Source of the DNA: a virus
Lineage: Duplodnaviria > Caudoviricetes
Length of the DNA stretch: 57,370 nucleotides
Reading direction: 5' to 3' (one strand)
IMG/VR virus record: IMGVR_UViG_3300017707_001066
Coordinates: 1 to 57,370 of that record
The translations under genes and the position numbers were made by a program. Shown here in pieces: positions 28,031 to 37,292 of the stretch (its first letter is position 1; the number at the start of each line of letters is the position of its first letter). Under the pieces are notes generated by a model. The model made no database searches. It saw nothing but the letters and a program-made list of their open reading frames with translations, and was not told the origin of the DNA.

Positions 28031-28666
28031 TTAAATATATTTAAATGTTGTTTTGTTAGCTCTTTTACCAGATAATTTTCTACTTAGAGTACTTTTTGTA
28101 ATATTTAATACTTCACATAACTCAGCTAAAGAATTATATACAATATTTGTAGTTGTATCTATAATTTTTTTACCTTTTTTTAGTCTATGCACTTTTTTAA
28201 AATCTATAAGTTCTCTTGATCTTTGTAATAATTCTTTATGCTCTGGTGAAAGAGTTCTTTCTTTAAGTTTTTGAATACAAAGTTCTGATGGTTTTTGACC
28301 TTTATTAGCAATTCTTAGTTTTTCCTTTGTTTCTTCAGAGTGTATAGAATTTCCATTTGGGTCTGTCGGTTTTAGATTATAACCAATTGTTCTATCTAAG
28401 CAATTAAGTTCATTAACCCAGTAGTGTTCTTTAGCATGTAAATCATTTATATCACATTTTTCAACTATTTCAAAAACAAAGTTTTCTTCACCATACTTAA
28501 TCCATGCTTTTTGTAAATAACTATTATGATGTTTATTTTGTCTTAGATCATAGAGATGACCATTTATTCTAGTTCTTACATTAGAGGCACAACCAATATA
28601 TATCTTACCACTAGCAATACTAGTAATCTTATATATTCCGGGATTTGATTGTAAGTACGTTGCCAT
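28031..28666 (-). CDS. Free-standing GIY-YIG homing endonuclease with NUMOD3-like and C-terminal HTH (NUMOD1-like) motifs
   Basis: GIYKITSIASGKIYIGCASNVRTR, HHNSYLQKAWIKYGEENF, GYNL, HSEETKEKLR and YNSLAELCEVLNITKSTLSR. Confidence 0.9.
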   Translation of the reverse strand: MATYLQSNPGIYKITSIASGKIYIGCASNVRTRINGHLYDLRQNKHHNSYLQKAWIKYGEENFVFEIVEKCDINDLHAKEHYWVNELNCLDRTIGYNLKPTDPNGNSIHSEETKEKLRIANKGQKPSELCIQKLKERTLSPEHKELLQRSRELIDFKKVHRLKKGKKIIDTTTNIVYNSLAELCEVLNITKSTLSRKLSGKRANKTTFKYI

Positions 28667-28684
28667 ATTAGTATCTTTCTTATT

Positions 28685-28716
28685 TAAATATATTAAAATT
28701 TTTTAAGTTTAATAAA
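28685..28716 (-). promoter_or_regulatory. Putative late promoter (TTTA-N20-TATATTTA)
   Basis: One of five intergenic copies of the same bipartite motif, upstream of the gene start at 28666. Confidence 0.55.
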
Positions 28717-28729
28717 CTTATAAGGTTTA

Positions 28730-30775
28730 CTAAGGGGTAACTATAGGAAACACAGAGTAAACATAACCTCCATTCTTAAAGGTTGTACCACCAAATCTTT
28801 TACCATACATGGTTTGGAAAATAGCAGTTTGCATTTCAGGTGTAAGGCCAGCTTCTTCTAATTGTTGAGCATAAGCAATAGCATCTTTTTGTGCTTGTCC
28901 CGGATCTACTTGTTTATCAGTAGGAGTATAATTTACCCAGCCACCCATAGAAGGATCCACTTGATAATTAGGATATAACTGATTAAGAGCATCTGTCTTA
29001 GTCATATTAGTAAGAAGATTCTTTTTAGCTTCTCTTGTTATTTTTCTAGCCTGTCTCTTAGAGTTATCATATTGATTTCTTGCAATAGCAGATCTATCTA
29101 AGTATTGTTGCTCAGATGCAGCATCCATACCTCTTTCTTGATTCTCTAAGTCATTGACTTTATACTCATGTTGTTGGCCGGCTCCTTGGTTCATAGTATT
29201 ATACTGATTACCAATAGTAGCAAGTTGTTCTGCAAACTGACCAGCCAATTGACTTTGTCTTGCACTAGCTTGTCTAGGGTCTCCTGCAAACTCACCAAAA
29301 TATTTACCACCTGTGATTTGGTTATACAATGCGGTAGGGTCAAAGGTATGTAGATCTGGTTTAACTAAATCTACATCAGTACGTTGAGGAAGATATTTAT
29401 TAATACTAGCTTGATCTATTGCAGCTCCTGTAACATCCATAACATCTTGTAACCATGGACCACTTCTTTTTCTTGGAGGAGTCATACCCATAGCACCAGA
29501 TTCAGTACTTCCTTCAGAACCATCAGGACAATCACATTCTTCACCAGGCATAAGAGCTCTTGTTACTTCTTTTCCAGTTTTTGGATCTACACAAGTACAA
29601 GTATCCATTGAGCTATCACCAGGCGGTTCTTCTAACTGTAAGAAGTCAACTTCTTCTTTTCCTGGAGTAGCTGACTCACCTTTCTTAATACAGTCTGCAA
29701 ATTGAGATGTTAAACCAGCTACAGTACCATGTCCTTGTGAAGCAAGTTCTTGCGGAGAAACACCTTTAGATAACTGATTACATATGGTATCTCTCCAAGC
29801 TTGATTAGGTGCACCTGTTCCAGGTTTTGCTTTTCCTAACGTACTACTAGCACTTCCTGGAGTAATTGAACCTTTTGCACATGTGCCATCTGCTAACTTT
29901 ACATATCCTGGAGGACAACTAGTACCTTTTTCTTTTCTGATATTCTCAGCTTTCTTTCTTCTCTCTTCAAGTTCAGCTTGAGTAAGAGCTCTTTGTCCAC
30001 CACCATCTTGAAAAAATCCACCGTAAGCAAACTCTGGATAAAAACTACCCATCTCCATACCATACTGCGCCATCATTTCTGGTGTAGCAATAGGAGCTCC
30101 ACTAGGCATTTGTTCTGGCATATCTTGTTGTGGTACTTGCTCTTGTGGTTTTGGTGGCATGATATCTTCAGGTGAAATACCTTTAGCTTCTAAAGCTGGT
30201 TTAGCAATTTCTGGAATGCCTTGTTCAAATCCTTTCTTAGATTCTTGTACTAATGCAAGTTCTCCTAATTTAATTACAGCATTCTTAATCATAAGCTCTG
30301 CTGTTTTTTTAGAAATATTATCTGAGTTAGGGTCTCTAAGAATTTTTACATATTGATTAAGACCAAACTTCTTAGAAATTTCTGCTGGAGTATAACCTCC
30401 TTGTTTTGGAGATAATCCAAATCTTTTTAGAACAGCAGGATCTTTTATCTTCATTGATCTAGTATCACTAAAGATAAAACTTTCATCAGGTAGATTTAAT
30501 GGAACACCACCTTCTGTATGTCTTGGTCCTTGAATTTTATAAAATGCTGGAATGCTTCCTGTATTTACTACAGCAGTTTCTCCACCTTCCGCTTCTAAGT
30601 TTGCGTCTTCTCTTGGTACTGCACCAATAGATTCTTTAACCTCAGGTTCTGGAATACCAGATTGTCTAGCATAGTCACCACCACCCCATACAGAAATATC
30701 ATTCATTAATGAACCATTAACTTGATATCCAGTTCTGGCTTTAGGAATTGCTTTGATTTTAACTCTTCTTAACAT
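28730..30775 (-). CDS. Putative virion protein (681 aa) with xxGG motifs
   Basis: Conserved-looking N-terminal domain ANLEAEGGE...GPRHTEGGVPL, a Q/P-rich linker, a Cys-containing insert, and FAYGG/FQDGG/KRFGG/FKNGG motifs. Confidence 0.6.
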   Translation of the reverse strand: MLRRVKIKAIPKARTGYQVNGSLMNDISVWGGGDYARQSGIPEPEVKESIGAVPREDANLEAEGGETAVVNTGSIPAFYKIQGPRHTEGGVPLNLPDESFIFSDTRSMKIKDPAVLKRFGLSPKQGGYTPAEISKKFGLNQYVKILRDPNSDNISKKTAELMIKNAVIKLGELALVQESKKGFEQGIPEIAKPALEAKGISPEDIMPPKPQEQVPQQDMPEQMPSGAPIATPEMMAQYGMEMGSFYPEFAYGGFFQDGGGQRALTQAELEERRKKAENIRKEKGTSCPPGYVKLADGTCAKGSITPGSASSTLGKAKPGTGAPNQAWRDTICNQLSKGVSPQELASQGHGTVAGLTSQFADCIKKGESATPGKEEVDFLQLEEPPGDSSMDTCTCVDPKTGKEVTRALMPGEECDCPDGSEGSTESGAMGMTPPRKRSGPWLQDVMDVTGAAIDQASINKYLPQRTDVDLVKPDLHTFDPTALYNQITGGKYFGEFAGDPRQASARQSQLAGQFAEQLATIGNQYNTMNQGAGQQHEYKVNDLENQERGMDAASEQQYLDRSAIARNQYDNSKRQARKITREAKKNLLTNMTKTDALNQLYPNYQVDPSMGGWVNYTPTDKQVDPGQAQKDAIAYAQQLEEAGLTPEMQTAIFQTMYGKRFGGTTFKNGGYVYSVFPIVTP

Positions 30776-30784
30776 CTTATAAAA

Positions 30785-33700
30785 TTATATAAATTCTAAT
30801 TCACCACCATTAGCTAAGAACTCTTCTATTTCTTCATCAGTCATATCAAGTTCATCACCTACAGTAGAACCACCATATTTAGAGTAAAGGCTATTACTTA
30901 GATTAGCTTGTTTATCAGGAATGTAGTTACCATATTCATCATGTGTTCCTTCTTGTCTTCTAGCCATTGTACCAGTAAGTTCTTCATGGGTAAGTGGTCT
31001 AAAATCTTCTTCCTGTCTTCTTCCTAAGAAAGAAGCTAATTTATTTACACCAGCATTAGCAGCGCTAATTGCTTGTGGGAAGTTTACATTAAATGCATTC
31101 TTAACTTTATAGTCTACAGTATATTCTTCTGGAGCAAAGTTTGCTTCATCAGCAATATTCTTTCTACTATCCATCATCATTTGTTGACCTAATGGTTTTA
31201 GATCACCAAGAGTTTTAACCGGTAGTGGTTCAAGTCTTTCATCTTGGTCTACAGATGCATGAAGTGGATCTCCTCCAGTTGCATACATATCCATATCTCC
31301 ACCATATTGAGCACCTCTTAATCCACCTCTAGTAGTAGGATTAACTTTCATTCTATTAAGTGGATTAGTTCTCATAAAGCCTCTATCAAATGTACCTGTA
31401 TTAGTAGGTGACACTCTCATTTGGTTTAATGGATTGGTAGCCATCTTTTGCATAGGGTTTGCTCTTTCAAACTCTCTAGCTTGCTCTTCTGGCGTACCAT
31501 ACTTTCTTTCACCTCTGTTTCTTTGCATGTTAGAAGTAAATTCACCTAAAGCAACTTTACTTCTAGTAAATGGATTTAAACCTTCTGTATTAGAAAAAGT
31601 AGGTGTAGATTTTGCATCCGCAGGTTTAGCAGCTGGAGTTGTTGTACCAGGAGTATTTGTTCTTGGTGCTAATTGATTAGGATTATTATAAGTAATAGAA
31701 TACTTTTTAGGTCTTCCCATTAGCCCTGACTTAGTAACATCTATCTTAGAAATGTTTCCACCTGGAACACCCGGCATGTTAAATGATTGACCATCAGCAC
31801 CGTAAGGACCCTTAGTAACTTTGTTCCAAGAACCAGCATACCATGGCATCATAGAACCATTACTAAACATGCCCATACCAGGATAGTTCATTGGATAACC
31901 ATTAGGCATTTGTTGTCCTTGTTGTGTTTGTCTAGTTCCAGGATTTACTTGATAGTTAGGAAATAAGTTTTGAAAACTTGCATCAGATTGGTAAGTAGGA
32001 TTAACCTGGTTGATAGCTTTATCAAATGGACCTACTGTATAACCTTGTATGTCTTCTGCATTTACTTCTTCTTCAGTTGCTCTAGCTCCGGGTGCTCCGG
32101 GTGCTTCCCATTCTTCCCAAGTCCATTTCTTACCAGTAGCTGGATTTATTTCATTAGTAGGATTAGCTGCTCTAAAATTAGAACCACCATCTTGAAAATA
32201 AGCATCACTAGTATCTTTAGAATTAGTATAGTTCATGTCTGCTTGATTAATAAATGGTATAGAAGGATCATCTCCTCCACCATATACAAATCTTTGTAGA
32301 TTACCATACACATCCATTCCTGGATTCATTACATTACCACCATCTTCAAATGGCATTCTAAATTGAAAACCTGGAGGTGGATTTAATAAACCTTGACCTG
32401 GATTTAACATACCTTGACCTGGATTTAATAAACTTTGACCCGGATTAAGCATACCTTGTCCAGGATTTAACATACCCTGTCCAGGGTTAAGTAGTTGTCT
32501 TCCGGCACTAAGAGCACCTTGTTCAGCAGCAGCTGCTTCTCCAGCTCCTAATAAACCGGCAGCTTCACCGCTTCCTAAAAGAGCTTGTGCAACACCTGGG
32601 AATGTCATAGCAAAACTTGTAGGTACTAAACCATAATCCATAAATGCAGGAACACCAATAGCTTCTGGACGTTTTCCATCAGGAAAAACTTCACGTAGAG
32701 CCTCTAGATTTTTTTCCTCTAAAGTTCTTTCTTCTGGTTTTGCTTTTGGTTTTGCTTTAGGGATATAAGGTTTTACGTTCCAAGTAGAATTCTTATCTAA
32801 ATAGTCATATGTTTTATCTCCTGGTTTAATAACAACAGGTTTACTGTCTATTTTAACAGGAGTTTTTCCTTCATAATGTTCAGATGGATTACCTTTATAT
32901 TTAATGTAAGAGCCATCATTACGTCTTCTATAGTAGTAACCAGCTTTTCCTTCTAGTGTTACTAATTGAGCAGACTTAGATTGTCCTGTATTAAGTGTAG
33001 CTAATGCATCTTGATTAGTTACTGTGCTCCAATTATCATCATTCTCTTTTTTATACAACCAAGAGTTGCCATCAGCAGACTTGGTATATACAAATGGTCT
33101 ACCAGGAATGTATTGATAATTAGATCCCGTTGCTGGTTTTGGTGTTTGTACAACAGTATTATCTTCTCCTGTATTTCCACCACCAGTTCCTGAACCTCCA
33201 CCAGAACCACCTGATCCACTACCACCTTCAGTCTCTGTTGCTTTAGTATCTTCTTTTTTATCAGCTGGTTTATCTTCTGGTGTAGTTGTAGTAGAACCAC
33301 CTGGTATAGTTACAGTACCTTTTTTACCTTCTGTTTTTCTTGCATTAGATTGTTCAATACCATATCCATAAGCACCTGCTCCACCCGGAGCTCCAATAGC
33401 CTGTAAAGGACTAGCAAAATTTATAGTATATTCTTTTGGTCTACCAAACATGCCAGATCTTCTAACATCAATGCTAGATACTGGAGTAGTTGGTACAGCA
33501 CCAAATGGAATTCTACTCATAGACTTTTGTAATTGTCTTTGTTGTCTATTAGTCATACCACCATACTGTGCTTCTACAAGATAGTTCATTTCATCATGAA
33601 AGACATCCTCATCACCATGAGTATAATGAGTATAGTCTTGTGCACCACCATCCTGAGCATACGTCATCATTTGATCATACTGCTGCTCTAATTGTTTTTT

Positions 33701-34306
33701 AAGATTAGCCATAGTACTTTCTGTCTTAAGGCTATTTACAAAACTTTTAAGCTTTTGTGTTCTTTCATTCTGACCAATTTCATCAGGACCACTTGTTGCT
33801 GGATCTTCTTGACCACCCATCTGCTTTTTAGCAATAGCTAATCCTTGCTTCACATATTGTGATTTCTGACCTCCAAAAGCAAATGCTGGGTTAGACATCA
33901 TATCAACATAGTTTGGTGGAACATATGCATCAATACCGGTAAAGTAAGATGGGTTACCAACTTGTGCTCCCATCTGTGCCCTTTGCATTTCAGCTTCAGC
34001 CTGTGCAGCAATTTGATCTTGCATATCATCAACGTCCGCATTCTCTGGTTGTTGTTGCATTTGTTGATCCACTTGCTGTTCCTGAGCTTCAATAGATTCA
34101 TAAACAGAAGTAACAAACTCTTGTACTTCTGATGGATCATTAAACATATTCTGAAAACTGTTATAAATATTATATACAGTTTCTTCTACAGGTACACCTT
34201 GCTGTCTATCTGATTGTACTTTAGCAATTAACATTTGCTGAAGTTGCTGAGGGTCTTGGACTTGCATCCCTTCTTGTGCTTTATAAAGTCTGACTCTTTT
34301 TTTCAT
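30785..34306 (-). CDS. Low-complexity putative virion protein (1173 aa) punctuated by about 11 xxGG motifs
   Basis: Long Q/G/M/P-rich ORF with AQDGG, AQYGG, FEDGG, FQDGG, YATGG and similar motifs, plus internal repeats. Confidence 0.65.
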   Translation of the reverse strand: MKKRVRLYKAQEGMQVQDPQQLQQMLIAKVQSDRQQGVPVEETVYNIYNSFQNMFNDPSEVQEFVTSVYESIEAQEQQVDQQMQQQPENADVDDMQDQIAAQAEAEMQRAQMGAQVGNPSYFTGIDAYVPPNYVDMMSNPAFAFGGQKSQYVKQGLAIAKKQMGGQEDPATSGPDEIGQNERTQKLKSFVNSLKTESTMANLKKQLEQQYDQMMTYAQDGGAQDYTHYTHGDEDVFHDEMNYLVEAQYGGMTNRQQRQLQKSMSRIPFGAVPTTPVSSIDVRRSGMFGRPKEYTINFASPLQAIGAPGGAGAYGYGIEQSNARKTEGKKGTVTIPGGSTTTTPEDKPADKKEDTKATETEGGSGSGGSGGGSGTGGGNTGEDNTVVQTPKPATGSNYQYIPGRPFVYTKSADGNSWLYKKENDDNWSTVTNQDALATLNTGQSKSAQLVTLEGKAGYYYRRRNDGSYIKYKGNPSEHYEGKTPVKIDSKPVVIKPGDKTYDYLDKNSTWNVKPYIPKAKPKAKPEERTLEEKNLEALREVFPDGKRPEAIGVPAFMDYGLVPTSFAMTFPGVAQALLGSGEAAGLLGAGEAAAAEQGALSAGRQLLNPGQGMLNPGQGMLNPGQSLLNPGQGMLNPGQGLLNPPPGFQFRMPFEDGGNVMNPGMDVYGNLQRFVYGGGDDPSIPFINQADMNYTNSKDTSDAYFQDGGSNFRAANPTNEINPATGKKWTWEEWEAPGAPGARATEEEVNAEDIQGYTVGPFDKAINQVNPTYQSDASFQNLFPNYQVNPGTRQTQQGQQMPNGYPMNYPGMGMFSNGSMMPWYAGSWNKVTKGPYGADGQSFNMPGVPGGNISKIDVTKSGLMGRPKKYSITYNNPNQLAPRTNTPGTTTPAAKPADAKSTPTFSNTEGLNPFTRSKVALGEFTSNMQRNRGERKYGTPEEQAREFERANPMQKMATNPLNQMRVSPTNTGTFDRGFMRTNPLNRMKVNPTTRGGLRGAQYGGDMDMYATGGDPLHASVDQDERLEPLPVKTLGDLKPLGQQMMMDSRKNIADEANFAPEEYTVDYKVKNAFNVNFPQAISAANAGVNKLASFLGRRQEEDFRPLTHEELTGTMARRQEGTHDEYGNYIPDKQANLSNSLYSKYGGSTVGDELDMTDEEIEEFLANGGELEFI
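32378..32494 (-). repeat. 21-bp coding tandem repeat, about 5.5 copies of [ML]LNPGQ[GS]
   Basis: LLNPGQGMLNPGQGMLNPGQSLLNPGQGMLNPGQGLLNP. DNA units such as ggatttaacataccttgacct show synonymous variation. Confidence 0.9.
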
Positions 34307-34322
34307 ATGTGAGGTCTATAAC

Positions 34323-34354
34323 TAAATATACTAAATTAAAATTACTTGTTTAAA
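34323..34354 (-). promoter_or_regulatory. Putative late promoter (TTTA-N20-TATATTTA)
   Basis: Recurring bipartite motif upstream of the gene start at 34306. Confidence 0.55.
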
Positions 34355-34364
34355 CTTTAATTGT

Positions 34365-37292
34365 TTATTGTCCAGGCACATAACCAAGATCTATTCTTGA
34401 GTCATAGTTACCTGAATTATTTATTCTATTAAGAATTTGATCTAATGGTACCTCATTCATATGAGCATATTTTTTTAACAGTTCTGTTCTCTTTCCTGTA
34501 GGGTCATTAAGTTTTACAAATTCATTGTGAGTGTCATTACCTAAGTTAATAAACCAATCTCCTGAATCAGCTACTTTATATACTGCACCTGGTCTTTGAT
34601 CATAAGAAAATGTTTCATTAACACTAAACTTAGGTTTTGCAACTGGCTGTGTAACAGGTTTTTTAACTGCTTGTTTTTTAGCCGTAGGTTTGGCAGGTAA
34701 TGTTTTAGGTGTATTAACTTGTTTAGTAGCTGGACTTGTGCCTTCAATAACAGATCTTGTCCATGCATTTCTTTGTGATAAAGGAGCACCATTAGTGTAT
34801 CTCTTATATTCTTTTAACATTCCGGCTTTATCACCTTTTACAGTAGCCGCCATAAAATTAGGAAACTTATGTAGTACACCATTATATGCATAGTCTACAA
34901 GTAATACTTTTCTACTTTCCGGTAACTTATCAAATGTTCCAGCTCCATATTTTTTATCAACTGTATATTTAGCAATGTTTGTATGTCTAGCTAAATCCTT
35001 TTTTTGTAATGCTAATACCTGAGCTGTAGTAAGTCCCTGAGAATAGTTTTCTTTACCTGATAATTTATGACCATAACCAATAGTTTTATTACCACCTTCT
35101 ACACTATCATGTGGATACCATTTACCTCCTTTATAACCAGCTTTTACTGAGTTCTCTAGTTGTCTTAGTTGTTGTTCATATGATTGAAAGTTTACACCTC
35201 CACCATTATCATATTCTTCAATCTCTTCTACAACCCAACCACCTTTTCTGTATTCTTCTATTTCTTCATCTGTAAGTTCAGCTTCTTCATACTCTCCACC
35301 ATCTTGTTTGTAATCCATATATGATTGACTACTCAAGCCTCTTTCTATACCTGGAAGATAATGATAGTTTGTACCTACTCTTTTTACCAAGTCTCCACCA
35401 TGACCAGGTCTTCTTACTCTATATTTAGGAGTTGAAAACTTGTGCTTATGTGTATCAATATATAAATCAGGTAGTATACCTTTTCTTCCCATATCTACAT
35501 AGTTCCCCTCTTCATCAATATAAACTTGTTCTTCCGGTGTAATAGCTTCTTCTACTTCTTCTGTATCTTCATTAGTTGTAGTTTCATCAGTTGTAGTTTC
35601 TGGATATATAAATTTCTTTAACTCCGGATTAACTCTAGTAGGATGAAGAGTTGGTATTGGTTTTTCTAGATCTTCATATACAGGATTAATAACTGTTGTG
35701 ACCTTTCCTGTTTTAGAATCTAGTTGTTGTACTTCTTCTTCACCTATTATTTTTTTTCCTTCTGGTGCACTTTTTGGAACATTATTTATTACAGGTTTAT
35801 ACTCTGTAGGATATTGATGTTCTTTTGGTTTTGGCTTTGTTTTAGAAGGCACTGGAGGTTTTTGAAATATTACCTTTTGTCTAGGTGGTTGATATCTAGG
35901 TTTAGTATCACTATGCCACGTACCCTCTTTAGAATCACCAAAAAATCCATCAATATGATGTGGAAAAAAATTACTTTTTGTTTCCCACGCAACAGGGTAA
36001 TTTTCTACATCTGGGTACAATTTTTTATCCTGCATAATTTGATTATACATAAAGTCTTCCCAAGCCCTAGACTGTGCGCCTTCATTCAAACGATCTATAC
36101 CAACAGACTTATCTTTTTCTATAGTAGTTCTTGTTTTTCTTGGATTTATAGTAAGATAGGGAATATTTGTAAATGGACGATAGTATGTACTCCTTCTCAT
36201 AGGTTTAGGCATAATTCTATTATTAGTATTAGCCACTGATAAACTATCCTCATAAGCTGCTTTCCTATAAGCATACTCTTCTGGATCTGATGTTACAAAG
36301 GGTGCAACATTTCCTTTAGGTTTAAATTTTGTACTTTTTTTACCTGTATCTTTACCTTTACCTGGTCCACCTCCTTTAGGATATGTTTCTAAATCTTCAA
36401 TAATATACCCTCCCTTTCTATACTCCTCTATTTCTTCTGGAGTAAGTTCTGCTTCTATATAATCTTCTTCTGGATATTCCTTTCTATAAGATTCATCTGG
36501 AGTAATTTCTTTATAATGTTCTGCAAAGTACATGGCATCTTCAGGATTATCAAACCGCATGGCTTCTGCAGACTCAGGACCAAAATCACCAAGCATAAGT
36601 TGACCATTAACATCTTGTATTAATGGTACTGCATAATTATCCATAGATGCCATAAAATGAGTTCCAGTATCACCATGATCAAATACATATGGTTGATCAG
36701 GAGCTACTACCATTCTTTGAGCAGCAGGATTACCATGCATTTGAGCATATGCTAATCTTGCTTTCATCATAGCATTATTAGCTGCATCAATTTCTTCTTG
36801 TGATGTTACTCCACCAGTTGGTTCCCCTTGATCCATTATACCACCATCCTGGTATTGTGACTTAGGATCAAATATTTTTCTTTTCTTAGATTTAGGTTTT
36901 GCAAATAAAGGACTTTCAGTAAACAATCTACTTGTAGCATCTATACTACGAGAGAATTTTTTATCATAAGCTTTTTTATTTTTCTTAGTAAGCTTAGGCA
37001 TCTTAACTAATCCACCTTTCTTCATAGGTATTTCATACACAGAATCTCCAGGAAACTGATATTCTTCTCCTGGTTGCATCATCATCTGATTACCAAGGTC
37101 ATCAATACCTAATACAGGATAATCTACACCCTGCATAGTAATTCTACCATCTGCATTAGGTATCAAAGTATTCATACCTGGGTAAGCCCACTGACCTTCA
37201 GAAGATGTAATAAAACCTTCTGTAAATGCTTTTAGTTCATTAGGTCCACCAGGTAAACCCTTATTGGTAAACTTGCTAAAGTATTCTTCCAT
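34365..37292 (-). CDS. Modular virion protein (975 aa) with a C-terminal T4-type (GH24-like) lysozyme domain
   Basis: LRQLEN...WYPHDSVEGGNKTIGYGHKL...LLVDYAYNG...R lysozyme motifs (~34750-35190). Modules are separated by xxGG motifs. Confidence 0.7.
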   Translation of the reverse strand: MEEYFSKFTNKGLPGGPNELKAFTEGFITSSEGQWAYPGMNTLIPNADGRITMQGVDYPVLGIDDLGNQMMMQPGEEYQFPGDSVYEIPMKKGGLVKMPKLTKKNKKAYDKKFSRSIDATSRLFTESPLFAKPKSKKRKIFDPKSQYQDGGIMDQGEPTGGVTSQEEIDAANNAMMKARLAYAQMHGNPAAQRMVVAPDQPYVFDHGDTGTHFMASMDNYAVPLIQDVNGQLMLGDFGPESAEAMRFDNPEDAMYFAEHYKEITPDESYRKEYPEEDYIEAELTPEEIEEYRKGGYIIEDLETYPKGGGPGKGKDTGKKSTKFKPKGNVAPFVTSDPEEYAYRKAAYEDSLSVANTNNRIMPKPMRRSTYYRPFTNIPYLTINPRKTRTTIEKDKSVGIDRLNEGAQSRAWEDFMYNQIMQDKKLYPDVENYPVAWETKSNFFPHHIDGFFGDSKEGTWHSDTKPRYQPPRQKVIFQKPPVPSKTKPKPKEHQYPTEYKPVINNVPKSAPEGKKIIGEEEVQQLDSKTGKVTTVINPVYEDLEKPIPTLHPTRVNPELKKFIYPETTTDETTTNEDTEEVEEAITPEEQVYIDEEGNYVDMGRKGILPDLYIDTHKHKFSTPKYRVRRPGHGGDLVKRVGTNYHYLPGIERGLSSQSYMDYKQDGGEYEEAELTDEEIEEYRKGGWVVEEIEEYDNGGGVNFQSYEQQLRQLENSVKAGYKGGKWYPHDSVEGGNKTIGYGHKLSGKENYSQGLTTAQVLALQKKDLARHTNIAKYTVDKKYGAGTFDKLPESRKVLLVDYAYNGVLHKFPNFMAATVKGDKAGMLKEYKRYTNGAPLSQRNAWTRSVIEGTSPATKQVNTPKTLPAKPTAKKQAVKKPVTQPVAKPKFSVNETFSYDQRPGAVYKVADSGDWFINLGNDTHNEFVKLNDPTGKRTELLKKYAHMNEVPLDQILNRINNSGNYDSRIDLGYVPGQ

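Noticed and set aside
28031-28666. Group I intron or intein around the GIY-YIG gene
   Set aside because: Only 2 nt separate its stop from the next ATG, leaving no room for a ribozyme core, and the downstream gene has its own complete start. No intein C/S...HN signature is present.
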